Below, one piece after another: positions 34,594 to 47,480 of a stretch of DNA of 63,708 nt; the stretch's first letter is position 1, and each line of letters starts with the position of its first letter. Where the stretch lies: NCBI GenBank assembly GCA_013265495.1, contig MU061168.1, positions 62,001 to 125,708 on the forward strand, read 5' to 3'. The position numbers and the translations under genes were made by a program. The notes under the pieces are model-generated. The model ran no database searches, was not told the origin of the DNA, and saw only the letters and a list, made by a program, of their open reading frames with translations. This DNA comes from Vicugna vicugna. Taxonomy: Eukaryota.

Positions 34594-34642
34594 AAGACAT
34601 CTCCAAGGAATAGAGAGCATAAAAGGAAGGTCTTGTACACTC

Positions 34643-34692
34643 TGTGTGTGTGTGTGTGTGTGCGTGCGTGCACGTAAGTATGTGTATGTGTG
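34643..34692. repeat. (TG)10 followed by an imperfect (CGTG)/(TG) tract
   Basis: Read directly. Confidence 0.9.
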
Positions 34693-34924
34693 TGGTTTGG
34701 TCTCTGGCACCTTCCAGAGCTGGAGCCTAGTGGGTGAAGGGAAAGGCCAAACAGTGGGCTGGCCAGGACCGAGAGGCTGGACCATTCTCACGCCCTAGGA
34801 AAGGTTCAGGTCTAAGCATCAAGCAACAGAAGATTGACCAAGAGAACAGTAAAAGGAAACTGCCTCATTCTTGAATAAAACAAGCCCCAATCACCCAAGT
34901 TTGGAAACATATTAAATTTAATAG

Positions 34925-35130
34925 ATACCATTTATTGAGAATTTACTATGTTCCAGGCTCTATGCTGTTTTGCATATATTATCTCAATTGATTCCTGTAA
35001 TCCTCTGATAAAAGTATTAGAGATTTTACTTTACATGTCAGGAAACTAAGGGGTAGAGAGATTAGGTAAGCTGTCCAGATCATAAACCTAGTAAGTGATG
35101 GAGGTAAGTAATCTACATCCATCTGCAGTC
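34925..35130 (-). mobile_element. MIR
   Basis: catttattgagaatttactatgttccaggc..caggaaactaaggggtagagagattaggtaagctgtccagatca. Confidence 0.7.
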
Positions 35131-35899
35131 AAAATCCATCCTTATAGCCACTCCACCACTACCAGTCTCCTGGGCATGGTGGGTCTCCAGGGGAGGGCTA
35201 GCGGAACCAGCCCGCTTAGAGCCTCTCCCCCAGATTTCTGCCTCTCTTTGGGGTCTTGCTAATAGTTGATGCCACCTTCCCCTGGTTTCAGGTGATCTGA
35301 TTTCCAACTTCATATTCCAACCCAAACAGATAAACTTTGAACTCTACCTCATGTGGCTAAAACCAGGCCATAAGGTTGGAACGAGGGTCGATACTTGATA
35401 CTCAGGGTATCACCACATACCTCTTTGTAGTCAGGATAGTCTTGTTTGTTTTTAATACAGTAGATGTTCTATAAATGTTTTTTAAATGACATTAGGTAAT
35501 CAACTACAAAATAGAGTCAATTTTCGAGCTCCCAATGCTCCAGTCCTTCCTACTGGCTGGTCTGCGCCCTTCTGATGGATACCATCAAAACACCCCTTAC
35601 AGCCCAGAAGCACATGCTTAGCTCTCTAGGCATAAAATATAGTTCCTCTTGGTACTTCCAGAGAGGCAAGTGGTTTCCCCTCCCCAGCTGACCCATGATA
35701 GCTGGCATCTGAGTAACTGTCTAGAGGGATGACCCTATTCTTCAAGCTCAACCCATAGACACAGAGCACAACACAGCCCAGTAAATCATAGGGTCAATGC
35801 AGGCAGCATCGGATGGGAGGAGGTCTTCCCAATAGTTTCTGGCAACAGTGGGAAGAGGCCAAGAGGTAGCCCTGAACTAACTCAGTAGGAGCTGGGAGC

Positions 35900-36340
35900 C
35901 TAGACCATGAGGGCCAGGAGATGAGCATATGTCCAGTGGATATAGCATTCTAAGATGTAGTCTGGGCAGATATTTAACTGAGGATGGGGCACAGGTGTTC
36001 AAGTCTGGAGAAAGGGACCCTGGCAGCTGTGCATGGCATTCATAAGTATCAATGGCTAGGTCCAGAGATCAGATGGAACCTGCAGGTGGGGGTCAGGGGA
36101 AGGGAAGGGCTGAGAACAAGACAATATCTGAGAGATGCCAGGGTCCCAGACACGGACTCGTGGCAAGACAAATCTCTGGAAGACTTGAGGTCAACCAGGA
36201 CATGCCATAGGAAAGTAGGAGCTAGAACCCTGAGATAGGGCTTCATCATAGAGGATGAGGCTGGTGATGATGGGACCAAAAGAAGATAAAGAAAAAGACT
36301 GATCCTAGAAAAATGATGAATGTTTTGGTTCTGTAATCCA
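35900..36340 (-). mobile_element. L2 fragment
   Basis: Purine-rich tract with decayed antisense L2 motifs; weak. Confidence 0.4.
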
Positions 36341-37469
36341 GGACACTTGAGATGGTACTGCAACCAGACTAACAGACTCTCGAGTCAACATGTCGCAGAC
36401 CCCAGGCTCTTTACAAAGCACCTGCCTGGAGCTGGCCATGGTCCCTGAGACTAGAAGGGCAGTGCCTGCCTGCAAGGGTTTAATAGTCCAGTTACAGGGG
36501 AGGGCTGCAGGAGCTAGGATCTGAACCAGCAAGCCATCTCATCACTCTCCCTCTGTCCAGTGCGAGATCAACTCAAGATCGGCCATCTGTGGGAATCCAC
36601 TAGACATCTAACATAGACATGCCAAGTAAATCAATCTCCAATTGATCTGGACCAGCCACTTCTGCTTCTTGCCCTGAACGGTTGCCACTTAGGAGCTGAC
36701 TGACAGTGCACGCCACAATGCCATGACCTTCCTGCAGTCTGACCCTGGCTTTGCGTTCCAGGCTCTTCTCCCTGGGACTGAAGTGACTTCAGGGAGTGTA
36801 CATGGCCTGACAGTGGTCTGAGTCTTACCGCGGGGAACTTCAGGCCAGAAACCATGCCGCATGCCATGTCCTGCCAGCGTCCTTAGCAGGCTGAAGGGAC
36901 AATTACTTAACTAGCAAGAGCAAGCCACCCAGCACTTGGTCATCAGGGGTCAAGCCACCAATCTAGAAATCTCTGCTCCTTCCTCAAAAATGTCTAATGG
37001 CTCCCCATCCTCTGGACGGGAGACTGGAGGCCTGAGTCCCTGGCACTTGTCCCGAGGACGCCCTCCTCCGGCTTGCCTGGCTCTGGGCTAATCCCAATTT
37101 AGCCATCCAAGAGACAGAGAAGCCCCCTTTCCTCCCACGAGTTGGGACCCCTGGCCTGGACACGGGACCTTATTTCCATCAGTCCCTTCCCCATGAGCGG
37201 AGCTCCACTGTGACAACCAAAGGAGACCGTGGTTCTGGGACATGAGGCACATTCACAGTCATATAATTGTAGTAACGGCCTGGTCTTGGGGAGGGACCCC
37301 CAGGGAGGGGTAAACTGATGAATGAAGAGATGAAGAAACACACAAATGGGAGTCATCCTTATCCATGAAAGGTTTTGCTCGGACGATGTGTCCAGAGGAG
37401 ATTGTATTGAATTTTTGCTGCCAGCATCTAGACCTTGAGAGGGGAGAGTTGTGCCCTGATGAAAGAAAG

Positions 37470-38050
37470 GCAGGTAGAGAAGATGGCAGAGTAGGAAGAC
37501 CCTGAACTCACCAACCCACAGTCACACTGACATTACAAATATTTACAGAGCAACTGTCCATGAGATTGAACTGAAGACTAGCAGAAAAGATTCTCCACAC
37601 TTTATAAAGATATAAAGAAGGACCCACAATAAGATGGGGAGGAGGGATGGAGACTCATTATAGTCAAGACCCACACCCCCATGTAGGTGACCCACAAATG
37701 GGAGGGTTATCATAATTTCAGAGGCTCTTTCCAAGGAGTGAGGGGTCCAAGCGCCATAGCGGGCTCTCTAGCACCTGGAGTTTTGCACCAGTATGATGTG
37801 CCCCCAAAATACTCTTGTTTGAAGACCAGTGTGTCGTGTGCATGGGAGACAGAGAGGGCTGTGGGAGACAGGGACTTTTCCCTTAAAGGGCTTGTGCAAG
37901 ATCGCATGCTGTCAAACCACCCAGCCAGTCCCACAGCCACTGTTGGGAACTGTGTGGATCCTTACCCCCGCTCATCTACCCTCCCAGACTGCACTGGCCT
38001 GCGGGAGGACTTCCCTTCCCCCGTGGTGTTTCAGGCCACCTCTGGCTGAG
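37470..38050 (+). mobile_element. Orphan L1 5' UTR fragment
   Basis: gaagatggcagagtaggaagaccctgaactcacc start; homologous to 20976-21550. No ORF1 follows. Confidence 0.7.
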
Positions 38051-38189
38051 ATGAAAGTCCTCGGCATTCATTTCTGGGTGGTCCTGACAGGTGCTGTTGG
38101 AACCAGCCGGGGGTCAAGCTCTCATTTTCCCCACTGTTATTTAAAGGCCACAGGGAATGTTCCCATGGTGTCACAGGTGTGTGATAGTC

Positions 38190-38590
38190 AAGTGGATAGG
38201 GTGGTCGTGAGAATTAGTTTTTTTTTCCCAGATATTTTCAGTGCCCTACTTTTAAGTCCACAGAGGACTGCGTTTCCCGGCCTCCTGTTGGTTGTTGGGA
38301 CTGCGTGGCTGCTTCTGCCCCGCGAGAATTCTAAGTGCCCCTCCTTTGAGGCTCAGTGTGAGACCCTCCCGATCGCCCTCCCCCAGATGGGACTGGCATC
38401 ACTTAAGACAGTGGCCGCTGCATCAGCTTGGGCCCATACGTAACGGTGAGGACCAAAGCCCTCCTCGGCCCCCTGCCCTGTGTAAGCCTCAGTGGAAACT
38501 AGCCTTGAGTGAGAGAGATTTAAATCTTGGTTATTTGAAGTAACGGAGGTTGTGGGCGTTGTTTGTTACTGCAGCATTACCTGACCTGAC
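38190..38590 (+). mobile_element. Old MLT1-type LTR fragment
   Basis: gaggactgcgtttcccggcctcc..gagagagatttaaatcttggttatttgaag..ttgtttgttactgcagcattacctgacctgac is an MLT1 3' end. Confidence 0.6.
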
Positions 38591-39769
38591 GTGCCAGTCT
38601 CTGGGGGCAGGTGACTGACTGATCACGGCTAGTTATCCCTGCATGTAAGACCTCTCACGCCCACCACACTTACAGAACGGTCTGTTCTGAGAACCAAAAC
38701 CCATTGCTTCTAGCTGTGCCCTGGGCCACTCCACTCTGAGATTCTTCCACCCCTGAGGCTACCAAGGGCCCATTTTGAGTGAGCCCCATCCAGAATATTC
38801 TTGGCCCAGAGGGGACTATCAGGAGAGCATTTAAAAAGGATTCTGGCATTTCCCCTACCATCTCCTCCTCAAGGCAAGAGAGTTAGAAGAGTCTTTGGGG
38901 CGCTGTCGAGGAATATACCACTTTGAACTTCCTTCTCTGCATTACTGCAGAACTTTCTGTCCTTTCCGTTCCACCCAGCACAAGCCAGTCTTCAGGAAAG
39001 CATCCAGTTGGAATCTAGCTGGCTGTCCAAGCAGGCACCCAGCAGGCCCAGCGTCCAATGGGCTCACCTGTGACAATAGATTCTGCCTCATTTAAAAATT
39101 ATGTTTCACCCTCATTAGTTAACTCTCAAAATATATGCCCCCCAAGTTACCCCAGATGATGGAGCCACAATTACTTCCAGGCCCAACCTTCCCGTTTATA
39201 CCCTGCTTATTCATTTCACCCTCCCGGCCACACTGAGTCTAACTTTTGCTGATTCTGAGAGAAACAGAGAGGTAGGAACAGAGGGTTAGCCACTTCGACA
39301 GGCAAGAGAGGGGCAGAGTGAGTGTGTATTTCCGAGGGGTTTCAAGAGGCAGGGTCCGCAAGCCCTGATGTGCCCAGGGGTCCCCACCCCAGTGTCATGA
39401 GCCCCCTCCTCCATGCCCCAGGTTGTGAATTAAGCAGTGTTGTCATTCACAAACTGAAAGACTCAATCCTTGGAATTTTTAAAGGTGTATCAGCCCAACA
39501 GCCATGATTGAGAAATTAATATAAGGAGAGATTTTTGCTTAAGCTTAGGTTAGGACACTTGCTTATGCTACCAGACACTCTGCCAAGGACCCGTCATCCC
39601 CACATGTGCCCTAGGGCTGCTGGTCCCCGGCGCTGCACCCTCACTGGGCCCATGGTGTCTCAGGTGAGCACAGCAGGTTACTGAGTAGTGCTCCTTCTCC
39701 ATATACTTAACGGCTTCTATTTGGGCCCATGACCAATTCCACATCCCCCAAGGGCCTGCTGCCAACAAC

Positions 39770-40170
39770 TAATTTCTGGAACCAATTTCTATATCAGCCA
39801 AGATTTTGCTGCAACAACAGAAACCAATTCTGACTGACTTAAGCAGGAGGAAAAAAAAAACTATGAGGAATGAAGGGAGTCTGTGTGTATGATTAATTGG
39901 AAGGCTCCGAGGTAGTTTGCAGAACTGAGGATGAAAAGCTGGCCTCGGAACCTGGGATCTCAGGGACAGGGCTGCTCTATGCATCTTAGCAACAGCAGGA
40001 ACTAAGAGTCCTTCTCAGATGACACATGTGACCCTTTATCTTCCTTTGTCCCACGATTATATTTCCCAGGATAGGATATGGTATTGGTCCAGCTTGATCA
40101 CTTGTCCAGTCCTGGGAAGAGTCAGAATCCATTACCAGCAGAAGGGGAAGCAATGCATATCCATGTAATG
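39770..40170 (-). mobile_element. Old MLT1-type LTR with adjoining PBS/leader remnant
   Basis: ttctggaaccaatttct|atatcagccaagattttgctgcaacaacagaaaccaattctgactgacttaagcag matches the antisense MaLR PBS/LTR junction. Confidence 0.55.
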
Positions 40171-41039
40171 ATGCTTTGACCACTTCACCCAGCCCAGGAC
40201 CATGCAGCCCTGTCTCCTGAGCTCTCTTCCCGCTGAGCGAGTGATATGGACGGATGTGAGGCAAGGCTGCCAGGTGGTGAGCAGGTCGATTGTCTAGAGG
40301 AGAGGTTGGCCTCTCTGAGACCCTAGACACGGGGACCTGTTGGTCACTTATCCTGGCCCTGCCCAGAAGGAACTCCTCTGAGCCTGTCTTCACCAGCTTC
40401 CTGGATTCTCTTTCCTTTGATGCAGAACTGGTTTCTTGAGCATCAGAAGAGCCTGGAGAAGGAACACAGACCAGGTGGGGTTTGCCCCCTAGATGCAGGG
40501 GCACTGGTTCTTTTCCTCTTTTTCATCCCTGCTAGGAGATTGCAGTCAGGAAAGTTAGCACCCTCTATTTCCACTGGAACTGACACGCCCCTGGAGGAAC
40601 CCCTTGGCAAGAGGGCAGCTTTCATTCAAGGAACGCTTTCAATACATCACCAGTAGCAACCTCTCTGGGGAGGACTGACCCTCACTTGAGCTCACTTACA
40701 AGTGAGCCCCCTGCAAGCACTCAAGCTCACTTCTCTGACAGTGTGCATCCCCCCGGACACAGCACTGGGAGGGCTGGGCTCTAGGGAGCACTTTGGAAAG
40801 CAAACGCCCATACGACTCTGCATCCCAGCCTGAGAGAGTGCTGCCAACTGTCCATGGCAACAGGCCTTTGAGTTTCATGAGATCTGTTAGTGTGACCAGA
40901 GCCACACCCCATCATGACCGAAGGCCCATCTTACTGCAGGGCAGGGCCTGATCCTCACACCAACCCAGCCTCTTACAAGAGCTGCCATTACCTTTACCTT
41001 TCAGGGTGATACTGACAGGAAACAGGTCATGTCGTCTTC

Positions 41040-41480
41040 TGGGAATTTGTGGCGAGGCATTTACTTCCTGACATGAATGACTCTTAGCCACTTATCTGCT
41101 AAGGTGCCACAACACTTCCCCTGCCTTCCTGCCTGGTCCCTGCCTACACTCAACCTCATGCTCCCCTTCACACTTCGCTCCCATGCCATCCACTATCTAT
41201 CTTTCAAACTCATTCTCTTTAGATCCCTTCTAACCACATCTTCAGCCCTTCTCCCCAGGAGAACTGGCTACTTCCCTGGACCCCAGTCTCTCTTCTATTT
41301 CTGTTAGAGCACCTTAGCATTTTTGTGCAATTATTTACTTAACCTCCTGTCTTCTCCAGTATACTTTGAGCTCCTCCATGGCAGGCACCATGCATCTCTA
41401 TACCTGAGAGCCCAGCATAGTGCTTGGTGTGAAAGCATTCAAAGCAGGTGTTGGATGCATGGGTACCTGGGTGCAGTAGC
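41040..41480 (+). mobile_element. L2 3' fragment
   Basis: tttgagctcctccatggcaggcaccatgcatct..cagcatagtgcttgg..ggtgttggatgcatg. Confidence 0.55.
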
Positions 41481-42224
41481 CCGTGCCCTGTGTGCCCAGG
41501 ACAGCGCTGTGATCCAGGCACCTGCACAAGTGCAGCCTCCCTTCTTCAGTCTAGCTGGATTCACATTCAGCTTTATAGAGCCTCCTCTTATTCACACCCC
41601 TGATGCCACTTTGTAGATCTTCAAACCGTTTCAAAGCTTTAACTTTCCACCAGCAGTCTTCTCACACTGTCTTTGGTGGCAGAGAACAGCAGTTTGGGGG
41701 AAGAGTTATGAAATGCCTCTTTCCATTTTTAGTAAATTCCAAATTTGCTAAAGTCAGGTATCAGAACCAGTTGGGAAGCAATATCAGACGACAGAGACAG
41801 ACAAGCAGACTGGCCTTGGTCTCCAAACTTGCTCCACAACTCCCCACCCCGATCACGAGTTTTTCCATCTCTAAAAGGGGCAAACCTTCTGCAGAGGCTT
41901 GATATGAAGTGTAATGGGGTAACATCGGTTAAGGACTGAGCAGTGTGTGACTCAAGCTAGGCATGTGACTGCCCCACATATAAGCAGTAAAACAACTGGT
42001 TAAGGGAGAATTCCCAGGAAGCATCTAAAAAAATATAGAAATCTAGGAAAATCAGCAACATGGAATCTTAAAAGGATCTTGTAAGAAGATGCTCTGAACT
42101 CATTATACTGTATTAGAAGCTCTTCTCTGTCTGACAAAAGCCAGAGACCCCACTGTTTTCAGAGAAGGCCCAGCCCAGGCACCATGGGCAGCAGTGCCTG
42201 TCAATTCTGGGAAAGAAGCAGCCT

Positions 42225-43370
42225 GTGTCTACTAAAACTGAACATATGCGTACTCCATGACACAGCAGTTTCATCCAACAGAAACACATCCATAAATTCA
42301 TCAAATTCATGCACATTATTCATAGCAACACTATGCATGATTGCCTCAAGCTTGAAACTACCTACATGGCCATTAACAGAAGGATGGATAGTAACAGTGG
42401 TGTATGCGTTCACTGGAATAGTGCACACCAATGAGAATGAATGAACTACTGCCATATGTGTCGATGCGGATGAATCCCACCTCCTAATACTGTATGAAAG
42501 GAGCCAGGCACAAAGGACTACATGCTCTATGATTCCATTTACATTAATTTCAAAAGCAGGTGAATCACATAATCACATATATGCTGTTAAAAGTCAAGAG
42601 AGTGTCTAGCAACAGATGAATGGATAAAGGAAGTGTGGAGTCTATATACACAATGAAATACTATTCAGCCATACAAAAGAAGGAAGTTCTGCCACTTGTG
42701 ACAACACTGATAGACCCTGAGGGCATTAGGCTAAGTGAAATAAGTCAGACGGAGAAAGATGAATACTGTGTGATCTCACTTATATACAGAATCTATGGAA
42801 TCTTTAAAGAAAACTCATAGAAACAGAGATCATATTTGTGGTTGCCAGAGGCAGGAAGTAGATGGTGGGAGAATGGGGTGAAGCTAGTCAAAAACTTCCA
42901 GTTACAAGATAAATAAGTTCTGGGGATGTAAGGTACAGCACAGTGATTCTAGTTAACAATACTGTATTGTCTATTTGAAAGTTACCAAGAGAGTAGATTT
43001 TAAGTTCTCATCATAAGGAAAACAATGTAACTATGTGAAATGAAGGATGTTAACTAAACTCACCGTGGTGATCATTTTGTAATGCATACATATAACAAAT
43101 CATTATGTTGCACACTTTAAACTTATATGGTGTTGCATGTCGATTATATCTCAATAAGTATCGAAGAGACATCAAGAGAGACGTCATCCTTGGAAGAGGA
43201 AGTATTGACAGGAAGGGGTTCTCATCATGTTTTGCTTCTTGATCTGGGTGCTGGTTACATGCATGTGTCTAGATGATAAAAACTCACCAAACTGGACATT
43301 TATAATTTTTAATATTTTTTCTATATGTATGTTACATGTTATACTCCAGTTTAAAAAATTCACTAAAATG
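42225..43370 (+). mobile_element. L1ME 3' end interrupted by a younger L1MA/MB-type 3' fragment (42601-43160)
   Basis: Outer element: ctactaaaactgaacatatgc..tgctctatgattccatttaca and cttgatctgggtgctggttacatg. Inner element: cagatgaatggataaagg..gattatatctcaataa (ORF 42620-42820 is the ORF2 C-terminus). Possible TSD tcaagagag (42594-42602 / 43172-43180). Confidence 0.75.
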
Positions 43371-44299
43371 TTGCCACTCACGCACTCAAAGCAAAAAGGT
43401 GACCTATGGGAAGGCCTCTGAAGGAGGGGTCCTGTAGGATGTTTGGGTCAATGGTAGTTCCTACATCTGTGGCAATGTGACACCTGCTCCAGACCAAATG
43501 GAATACAGAATTCTCCCAGTGGTGGCACAACATCTAATTAGCTGTCGGGGGCCCAAAGAGGAAACTTGAGATGAGTTCTGATTCTAGGATTCCCTTAAAC
43601 CTGCACTGAGTTGTGGATTGTGATTCTTGCAAAATGCTTTACTCCACATAATTGGGCAGGCTTGGCCTCAAGTCTATTAATGAATCTAAAGAGGGTAAGC
43701 TTTGGCTCTCCCCATACTTTGGATACATCAGCTCATTGAACGTATCTTCAGTGTTGATGCCAGCTCTGTCTTAGATAAACCAGAGGCCCGGGTGCTTCAG
43801 TTGGAAATACTCTGTGAGGTCTGTTTCCTCTAACTGGAAACACAAGTAAAGGTAACCTATGACCTGGAAGCAGGTATTGATCTTGTCATTAACTGTTTAC
43901 ACCAGACACAGAAAGCAAGTTAAACCAAGTTCTACATACTCATGATTGACCAACCCTGTTTAACTCTCTTTCAAAGACTTTAGTGCAAGAATTAGACTGC
44001 AAGGAATGCCCCTACTCCTCACAAAATTACTGATACCATAAAAAATATCTATGCTCTACACCCATTCTGATAGTTTTTAGATGATTTGAATTTATTTTTT
44101 TCTACTGAAGCAGAAAAAGATGTCCAGCATCTTTTGCCTAAAGATAGTGTGGCACTCTCAGGAGGGGTCTTATGAGGCAGCTCCTGCCACCAAGAACAGC
44201 TGACGAGCAGTTATGCCTGTGGCAGACCCTGCTGGTCGGCGTACACAGCTCCCACTCCCCTCCCCCTCTCCCTTGCCACATGTCCCTTACCAGAATATG

Positions 44300-44600
44300 A
44301 AGAGTTAAATACTTTGCCATCATCGGCCACAGCTAGAGGTAGTCACCATGTGCAGTTCCAGCCAAGGAGACTTAAGCTAGAGTTTTCTGGAAGGTTGTTT
44401 TGTTGATTAATGGGAAAGCCAGCTGACATTTCCTTTATCATCTCTTCCTGCGTCGACTATGAATGATGTCTGGAAATGCAGCAGCCATCTTGCTACGTAT
44501 GCTGCTAACGATGCTGAAAAGGAAAGACAGAAAGACCGCGGAATGCCTGTTTCCAAACAAGAAGGGATACTGTGGAGACAAAACCTAGAATGTTTGGTAG
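44300..44600 (+). mobile_element. MLT1J-like LTR fragment
   Basis: gatgtctggaaatgcagcagccatcttg..aaaggaaagacagaaagacc. Confidence 0.5.
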
Positions 44601-44899
44601 AACCATAACGTAAATTATCTAGACAGGAAATTGGTAGCAGTCTGCTTCCTGTGAATGCCAGCGTATCATGCAGAACTGCCTGCAGTCTAGGCCCTAGGTT
44701 CAGGGGAGGGAGAAGGGGCCTGTCATTCACAGGGAATTTCCCATGATGCCACAGATGTCTCTGGAGGCAGAGAGGCAGTGCAGGTGTGTACTGTAGGAGT
44801 TTGGGTCACCTGTGAACTTGACCTGCTGGGGCCTGCAGGACTTGCTTGAGCTTGATCATTTGTATCATTTGTACTTTCACTTGATGATAAACTGCATCT

Positions 44900-46240
44900 A
44901 TGCATGTCTAACCTAGTGACTTGAAGGGTCCACTAATACTCAACTTAGGAGGAGCAGCTCAGATCACTTGAGTCCCACGTCACACCTTCAGACACCACCA
45001 GGGCCAAAGAGCAAGCAAGGAACTATTTCTCAAAGAAGTACTTATCTGTAGAAGAGAGGAGCATTTTTCTCCAAAATCCTGAGGCTTACCACAGTGATCC
45101 TTGCCAGAAGACATGTAGAGATTCTGAAACTTTGTGTGACATTGGATCTCCTAGGTCATAGGACCACGCATCAGAGTAGCTTACCATGAAGACTGGGCTT
45201 CCTGCAGAGACTTCTCTTTCTCTAGGACCCACTTAAATCTTTCCATTTTATATCAATTAAGTAACATTCTAATAGGATGTCATATATTCATTCTTGGGAC
45301 AATGTGATCAACTTGCCACTGCCAAACATTTCTGCAGGTTCCAACTGTTCGAATGACGATGACCACTTCATCCTTGCTGCTCATTATGGTCATTCTGTCC
45401 ACCTTGTCTTTGGTGGTTCATGGTTATCGCTTGGTCTCTGCTACTTCAAAACTCTGTCAATCTCACTGAAATCAAGAAACCACCTCAGAAGTTGCCTACA
45501 GATGACCCCGCCCACAGATGACCACAACAGGGCTGTTCAAGATTTTGTGTGTTCTTACCCTAATGATCTTCCGAATGCCTTAATTAAGGAAGTACAACCT
45601 GGACCCTTTTGGGGGGTTTAGTGGGACTGAGTAAGTGCGGAGTCTGCACAACATAAATCTACCTCAACAGTCTTATTTTCTTATACATTTTGACTTCCCT
45701 CTGTATTATGGAGCTTGAGCATCTCAGCATCACGTAGCCTGGCTAACCGAGAACCATACAGATAAACTCAGCCTCATCCACTATTATAGACAATCCTTCA
45801 TGCCCTATCACCTTATAAATCACCCCCAGACGTCGTTCCAGGTCTCTGCTTCTGTAAATTAGCAAAATATTGCAGTTATTTGGGCATATCAGCCATTTCC
45901 CTCTGGGACAGACTTTGCACCTGTCCTCTGGAACATGCAACATGTCCAGAAACAAGGAAGGTGAAGAACTAGAGGGAATGGCTCAGGCAAGAATGGTTCT
46001 GGAAGGGTCAAAAGAAGCTGAGGATGAAGTCAACCTTCTGCTGATATTGGGGGAAGATGAAGGAAACATGGAAACCAAGAGAAATTCCCCCTTTTCCTCT
46101 TCTTTTCTCTAGTCTTCCTCTAGTGCCTCCCATTGGCACAACTTAATAGGAATCCTGCTGAGCTTGGGAGGTAGAGTTTGCAGTCTCATCCCCAGCATCA
46201 TACAGCAAAGTATGAAGGGGTGGTCTTGGACGTGAGATCC
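44900..46240 (-). mobile_element. Second ERVL remnant: LTR33-like LTR half (about 45960-46240) fused to gag and a pol tether fragment
   Basis: The LTR reverse complement cacccttcatactttgctgtatgatgctggggatgagactgcaaac..gccaatgggaggcactagagg matches recalled LTR33. gag motifs IVDEAEFICM (vs IKLDQAEFIDM), PQKGPGCTSLIKAF and VWQWQVDHIVPR; pol FFEK*FLACSLALV at 45001-45049. Confidence 0.8.
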
Positions 46241-46309
46241 AGCAGGTGAATAGCTGATCCTGGTGTGGTCCCAGCATTGTTTCATTTATTCCTTTGCCAC
46301 ACAGCATCC

Positions 46310-46830
46310 ATCCAGTTCTTTCTCTGGGGAAAAAGCAATACCATTGAATTTTTTGGAACCCACTATTTTTCTCATTCTCAGTCCTTACAAATTAGGTAAA
46401 ATGATCCACCCCAGTGCCAGGGGTGAGGCTTAGGTGATTTTAAGCCAATCAGAGCAACACATCACACTGGTCACAAGGAGGAGGGATTAAAGACAATATG
46501 ACAAAATTCAACCAGAGTGAATGAGATGCATGAAGACTTCCCTAAGATTTGGGGGACAGGGACAGAAAGAAGCTTAAGGCTGATTCTGAAAATTTCTTAA
46601 ACTGAAGGTCTTACCAGCATCTTGCAGGAACTTGAGTCTAAGCATAAAGTCAACACGTGAGGGAAGACAGAGCTGAGACAGAGACAATCCATGTCTTGGT
46701 GATTATGTGTGAGCCCCAGTCAAGCTTTGCCTAAAACCCAGCGTTATCTCTGAACATTTCCATGTCATCAACCATATACTTCCTTTTGGCTGGGCCAGTG
46801 TGCACCATGCTTTTGGTATCTACCCAACAC
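46310..46830 (+). mobile_element. MLT1K-like solo LTR
   Basis: aagccaatcagagc..aaagtcaacacgtgagggaagacagagctgagacagaga..gagccccagtcaagctttgcctaaaacc. Confidence 0.6.
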
Positions 46831-47299
46831 ACCGCTCCAGAGAACTGCCACTGAACAGTAGGATCTGTTACAAGATGGATGGCTATTTCAATGGGAGACC
46901 ACCCACCATTTACATTACATTTATGGTCAAGGCTGGATTTTAAGCTGATGGTCAAAGACCAGGGCTTGTGTCAGTTCTTCACAGAGGGATAAATTCCAGG
47001 CACCCAACCTTACTAACATGGTGCTGATAACCAAATAAATTTACTTAGTAAACCTATTATGGACAAGTATATTTGATTCGGGTATAAAACATAAACATAT
47101 ACAAAGAGTGATGCAAGATGAACACAAATAGAAATCTGAAAAAAGGAACACAAGAATAGATGCTGACAGGATCAAGTAGCTAAGACCCAAGTGAGCTCTG
47201 AGTTTCCTGGCAGTAGAGAAGAAATGAGAAAGAAGCTGATTTATGGAGTCCTCATACTCTGCTGAAATGAAGCCTACAGGTTTGTTTGCAGAAAGAAGA

Positions 47300-47480
47300 G
47301 GGTATCAATATTCACTTAGCACCTACTATGTAGCAAACACTGTCCATGTATTGTTTCCCTCAGTCCTCTCAATAACTCAGTGGAATGAGTGTTCATTTCC
47401 AAGATTTAGGGATAAAAGGGCAGTGGTTCACAGGAATTAAATAAACACCTAACCCCTGGTCTCAGCTATGGAAAGTGATG
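47300..47480 (-). mobile_element. MIR
   Basis: cacttagcacctactatgtagcaaacactg..tttagggataaaagggcagtggttcacaggaattaaataa. Confidence 0.6.

Noticed and set aside
37829-38443. Longest ORF in the track (204 aa)
   Set aside because: It runs across an L1 5' UTR and an MLT1 LTR, has no recognisable domain and has the Leu/Pro/Ser/Cys-rich composition typical of chance ORFs.
39986-40504. 172-aa ORF on the minus strand
   Set aside because: Partly overlaps an MLT1 LTR; no homology recognised and no exon structure.
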